Positions 60,854 through 64,000 of a stretch of DNA of 64,000 nucleotides are shown here, in pieces. The position numbers and the translations under genes are program-made. The notes beneath the pieces were generated by a model. That model made no database searches. It was not told the origin of the DNA and was given only the letters and a program-made list of their open reading frames with translations. Location of the stretch: the NCBI GenBank assembly GCA_051010635.1, contig JBPCVJ010000002.1, positions 14,848 through 78,847 on the forward strand, read 5' to 3'. How positions within the stretch are numbered: position 1 is the first letter of the stretch; each line of letters opens with the position of its first letter. This DNA comes from Alphaproteobacteria bacterium (GTDB lineage Bacteria > Pseudomonadota > Alphaproteobacteria > JASGCL01).

Positions 60854-61465
60854 TTAAGGGTATAAAATTTCGCTATGAAAGCCTTTATCATTTTTAATAA
60901 AAACCAAGCGGTCGTGCAAACGATGCGGGCGATCTTGCCAAAATTCTATTCTGGTAGCAACCAAACACCAACCACACCAATCATCGGGTCGGGGAATTTT
61001 GCCACTGGCAATATATTTAGCAAATTTTTTTTGATAGACTAAGAATGATTTTTTTAAATCATCGGGATGAGCCATTATGCTAGATTGTGCCGATGCCCAA
61101 GCACCAATTTGACTATCTATTGACCGTGAATGAAAATAAACATCGACTTCTTCATCCTTTATCTGGCTCACCATACCTTCTATTCTTATTTGGCGTCTTA
61201 AAGTTTTCCAATGAAATAATAAAGCCGCTTTTGGGTTATCCGCCAAGGCCTTGCCTTTATCGCTTTTTTGATGGCTGTAAAACACAAAACCTTTTTCTGA
61301 AAAATCTTTCAATAGCACCATACGACTGGTGATTCTTCCAGCGGCATCAACCGTGCTTAAACCCATAGCATTGGGGTCATTTGATTCGGTTTTTTGTGCA
61401 TCGGCATACCATTCAGCAAATATCGCAAAGGGATTTTTATGGCGGGCATCAGCAAGAGAATCCAT
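60854..61465 (-). CDS. pdxH: Pyridoxamine 5'-phosphate oxidase
   Basis: FMN-binding split barrel; C-terminal signature IEFWQDRPHRLHDRLVF; 203 aa. Confidence 0.9.
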   Translation of the reverse strand: MDSLADARHKNPFAIFAEWYADAQKTESNDPNAMGLSTVDAAGRITSRMVLLKDFSEKGFVFYSHQKSDKGKALADNPKAALLFHWKTLRRQIRIEGMVSQIKDEEVDVYFHSRSIDSQIGAWASAQSSIMAHPDDLKKSFLVYQKKFAKYIASGKIPRPDDWCGWCLVATRIEFWQDRPHRLHDRLVFIKNDKGFHSEILYP

Positions 61466-61569
61466 AACCCATCATAGCGAATCATGGCTTGAAAAACAAT
61501 TTTTTTACCGCTATAAATAATTATCGTCATAACAAACTATCTTTATAAAAAAATAAGGGGACAAATTCT

Positions 61570-62406
61570 ATGAGCGAAAAAAAAACCGCTGGCCTGATGA
61601 CAGGCAAAAAAGGATTAATCCTTGGTGTTGCCAATGATAAATCTATCGCTTGGGGTATTGCCAATGTTTTACATCAATCTGGCGCCGAACTTGGTTTTAC
61701 CTATCAGGGTGAAGTTTTAGAAAAGCGGGTGCGCCCCCTAGCCGAATCGGTGGGGGCAGATTTTTTAGAACCTTGCGATGTAACCAATGATGAAGATATT
61801 GATAAATTATTTGAAAAGGCAAAAGCCAAATTCGGCACAATAGATTTTCTGGTGCATGCCATTGCTTTTTCTGATAGGAATGAATTAAGCGGTGAATATC
61901 TTGCTACCTCGCGCAAAAATTTTCTTAATAGTTTAGATATTTCTTGTTATTCTTTTACCGCCCTTGCCATGCGGGCTGATAAAATTATGCCAAATGGCGG
62001 GGCATTGCTTACGCTAACCTATTATGGTGCCGAACGGGTTATGCCACATTATAATGTGATGGGGGTCGCAAAAGCCGCCCTTGAGGCATCGGTAAAATAT
62101 TTGGCAATGGATATGGGAAAGCGTAATATTCGTGTCAATGCCATTTCGGCAGGGCCTATCAAAACTTTGGCGGCATCTGGTATTGGTGATTTTCGTTTTA
62201 TTCTAAAATGGAATGAAATAAATAGCCCACTAAGACGCAATGTTAGCATTGATGATATTGGTAAAACAGGTCTGTATTTACTATCCGATTTATCAACTGG
62301 GGTCAGCGGGGAAATTTTGCATGTTGATGCTGGCTACCATATTACTGGTATGGCACAGGATATGGAAAAAACAACCGAATTATTAAATGAATTTCATAAG
62401 GCATAG
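61570..62406 (+). CDS. fabI: Enoyl-[acyl-carrier-protein] reductase (NADH)
   Basis: [21 protein letters not shown]-terminus and the Y-x6-K active site ([12 protein letters not shown]). Confidence 0.9.
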   Translation: MSEKKTAGLMTGKKGLILGVANDKSIAWGIANVLHQSGAELGFTYQGEVLEKRVRPLAESVGADFLEPCDVTNDEDIDKLFEKAKAKFGTIDFLVHAIAFSDRNELSGEYLATSRKNFLNSLDISCYSFTALAMRADKIMPNGGALLTLTYYGAERVMPHYNVMGVAKAALEASVKYLAMDMGKRNIRVNAISAGPIKTLAASGIGDFRFILKWNEINSPLRRNVSIDDIGKTGLYLLSDLSTGVSGEILHVDAGYHITGMAQDMEKTTELLNEFHKA

Positions 62407-62495
62407 TTGATTAAAATGGGCGAAACAAAATATTCGCTCAATTTTTCTTGGTAATATATTGGCATTATGAAAGAATCTGTTATAAAAACAGATAT

Positions 62496-63590
62496 ATGTC
62501 AAATATTTTTGGTCGCCTATTCCGCTTTATGACTTTTGGCGAAAGTCATGGCACTATGATGGGGGCAGTGATTGATGGTTGCCCGCCCAATATCGCCATT
62601 GATGAAAACATGATTCAAAAATGGTTGGATCGCCGGCGCCCGGGTAAAAGCCGTTTTACCAGTCAAAGACAAGAAACCGATAAGGTAAAGATAGTTTCAG
62701 GTATAATAAACGATAAAACATCCACCATCACCACAGGCACACCGATAGGTTTAATCATCGAAAACCATGACCAGCGTTCAAAAGATTATAGCGATATTGC
62801 AAAAAAATTTCGCCCTGGCCATGCCGATTATAGTTATCAACAAAAATATGGCATTCGTGATATGCGTGGCGGTGGGCGATCATCGGCACGGGAAACGGCA
62901 TTGCGGGTAGCCGTGGGTGCGATAGCCCATCAGGTTTTACAAAATATGATTGGCGGCGATTATGCCATCCATGCAGGGTTGGTGCAGATGGGCAAATATA
63001 AAACAAACGAAAAAAACTATGATTGGCAAGGCGTGTGGGATAATGATTTTTATACACCCGATAAAACCATCATAACCACCTTTGCCAATTATCTTGATGC
63101 TATAAGAAAAAAAGGCTCATCGGTTGGCGGTATGATAAAATTGGTGGCACATGGTATCCCCGCGGGATTGGGGTCGCCGATCTATGGCAAATTATCGGCA
63201 GATATAACCGCAGCTATGATGTCTATCAATGCTACCAAGGGGGTTGATATAGGCGATGGTATGGCAGTGGCGGGTATGGAAGCTATTGACAACAATGACC
63301 AGATGGAAAATTTTGATCACAAAGGGGTTAAATTTTTATCCAATCATGCAGGTGGTATTTTGGGCGGTATTAGCACCGGGCAAGATATTATTGTGCAACT
63401 TGCCATCAAACCAACCAGCAGTATTTTGATATCACAAAAAACTATTGATGAAGATTTTCAAAATACCGATATCATTACCAAAGGGCGGCATGACCCATGT
63501 GTTGCTATACGCGCTGTGCCGATAGTGGTAGCAATGATGGCAATAACATTGCTTGACCATCTTTTATTACATCGTGGGCAGGTGGGATAA
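62496..63590 (+). CDS. aroC: Chorismate synthase
   Basis: Start MSNIFGRLFRFMTFGESHG (ATG at 62496) and the conserved GGRSSARETA motif; ends at the ORF stop 63590. Confidence 0.9.
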   Translation: MSNIFGRLFRFMTFGESHGTMMGAVIDGCPPNIAIDENMIQKWLDRRRPGKSRFTSQRQETDKVKIVSGIINDKTSTITTGTPIGLIIENHDQRSKDYSDIAKKFRPGHADYSYQQKYGIRDMRGGGRSSARETALRVAVGAIAHQVLQNMIGGDYAIHAGLVQMGKYKTNEKNYDWQGVWDNDFYTPDKTIITTFANYLDAIRKKGSSVGGMIKLVAHGIPAGLGSPIYGKLSADITAAMMSINATKGVDIGDGMAVAGMEAIDNNDQMENFDHKGVKFLSNHAGGILGGISTGQDIIVQLAIKPTSSILISQKTIDEDFQNTDIITKGRHDPCVAIRAVPIVVAMMAITLLDHLLLHRGQVG

Positions 63591-63632
63591 AAAATAATTG
63601 CAAAAAAAAAATAAATTGCTTAAGGTCGCGCC

Positions 63633-64000
63633 ATGAGATTGGTGGTTTTGAATAATAATGTTAATGGCGAAACGCGTGTTTCAGCAACCCCTGATTCTCT
63701 AAAAATATTAAAAGATAAATATCATCTATCTATCGCTGTGGTTAAGAATGCTGGTATGGCGGCGGGATTTGATGATATGGATTATAAAAAAATCGGTGCT
63801 GAGATGATAGCCAGCAATGATATAGCGGTCGCAACTGGCGATATTATCATTGCCATCTCACCACCCAGTGAAGCTATAATAAAAAAAATGAAATCTGGTG
63901 CATGGCTGATGGCACCCTTACATGCCCAGCAAGATAAAAAAATATTGGCACAACTTATGGCACAAAAAATTTCTGGTTTCGCTTTGGAAATGATTCCACG
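63633..64000 (+). CDS. pntA: NAD(P) transhydrogenase alpha subunit (3' end cut by window edge)
   Basis: N-terminal AlaDh/PNT domain; ..ISGFALEMIPR matches the PntA dI region. The frame is open to the window end. Confidence 0.75.
   Translation, partial: MRLVVLNNNVNGETRVSATPDSLKILKDKYHLSIAVVKNAGMAAGFDDMDYKKIGAEMIASNDIAVATGDIIIAISPPSEAIIKKMKSGAWLMAPLHAQQDKKILAQLMAQKISGFALEMIP

Noticed and set aside
1-64000. CRISPR arrays, IS elements or transposase genes
   Set aside because: No regularly spaced short direct repeats were found. No transposase-like ORFs (DDE/HTH signatures) or terminal inverted repeats were recognised on either strand.

Overview
This 64 kb window reads as a low-GC, gene-dense chromosomal segment of an alphaproteobacterium. 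The lineage calls rest on the gene set (ubiG-lysC, ctaB-ctaG-ctaE-SURF1, PopZ-like, NDUFA12-like), on pervasive Lys-rich C-terminal tails and on low-complexity insertions in core enzymes, which point to an endosymbiont-like genome. Most of the window is conserved housekeeping: recA (5' truncated), uppP, tRNA-Arg(CCT), ilvH-ilvB, sdaA, tandem mlaD-like genes, truA, carB, mlaE-mlaF, dnaG-rpoD, the cytochrome oxidase assembly cluster, maf-rarA-lnt-def, cysE, ubiG/lysC, RNase P RNA, valS, xerD, msrB, lpxK-waaA-msbA, pdxH, fabI, aroC and pntA (3' truncated).

Two accessory regions stand out.

1. At about 4.4-15.9 kb there is a polyprenyl-phosphate pentose glycosylation locus. It carries a clear homolog of decaprenyl-phosphate phosphoribosyltransferase (Rv3806c-like UbiA family). 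It also carries three predicted GT-C-type multi-pass membrane glycosyltransferases, two of which are paralogs and one of which is split by a +1 frameshift at a C14 homopolymer (a phase-variation candidate). A divergently encoded operon of an FAD GMC oxidoreductase and an NAD extended-SDR epimerase could be a non-orthologous analog of the DprE1/DprE2 2'-epimerase pair.

2. At about 41-51.5 kb there is an island containing a Phd/Doc-type toxin-antitoxin pair with upstream direct repeats, a CmcI-like SAM methyltransferase, a 683-aa unknown protein co-oriented with ubiG, a beta-class DNA methyltransferase fused to an Mrr-like PD-(D/E)xK nuclease domain, and an orphan gamma-class N6-adenine DNA methyltransferase next to rnpB.

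No CRISPR array, IS element or transposase gene was detected.
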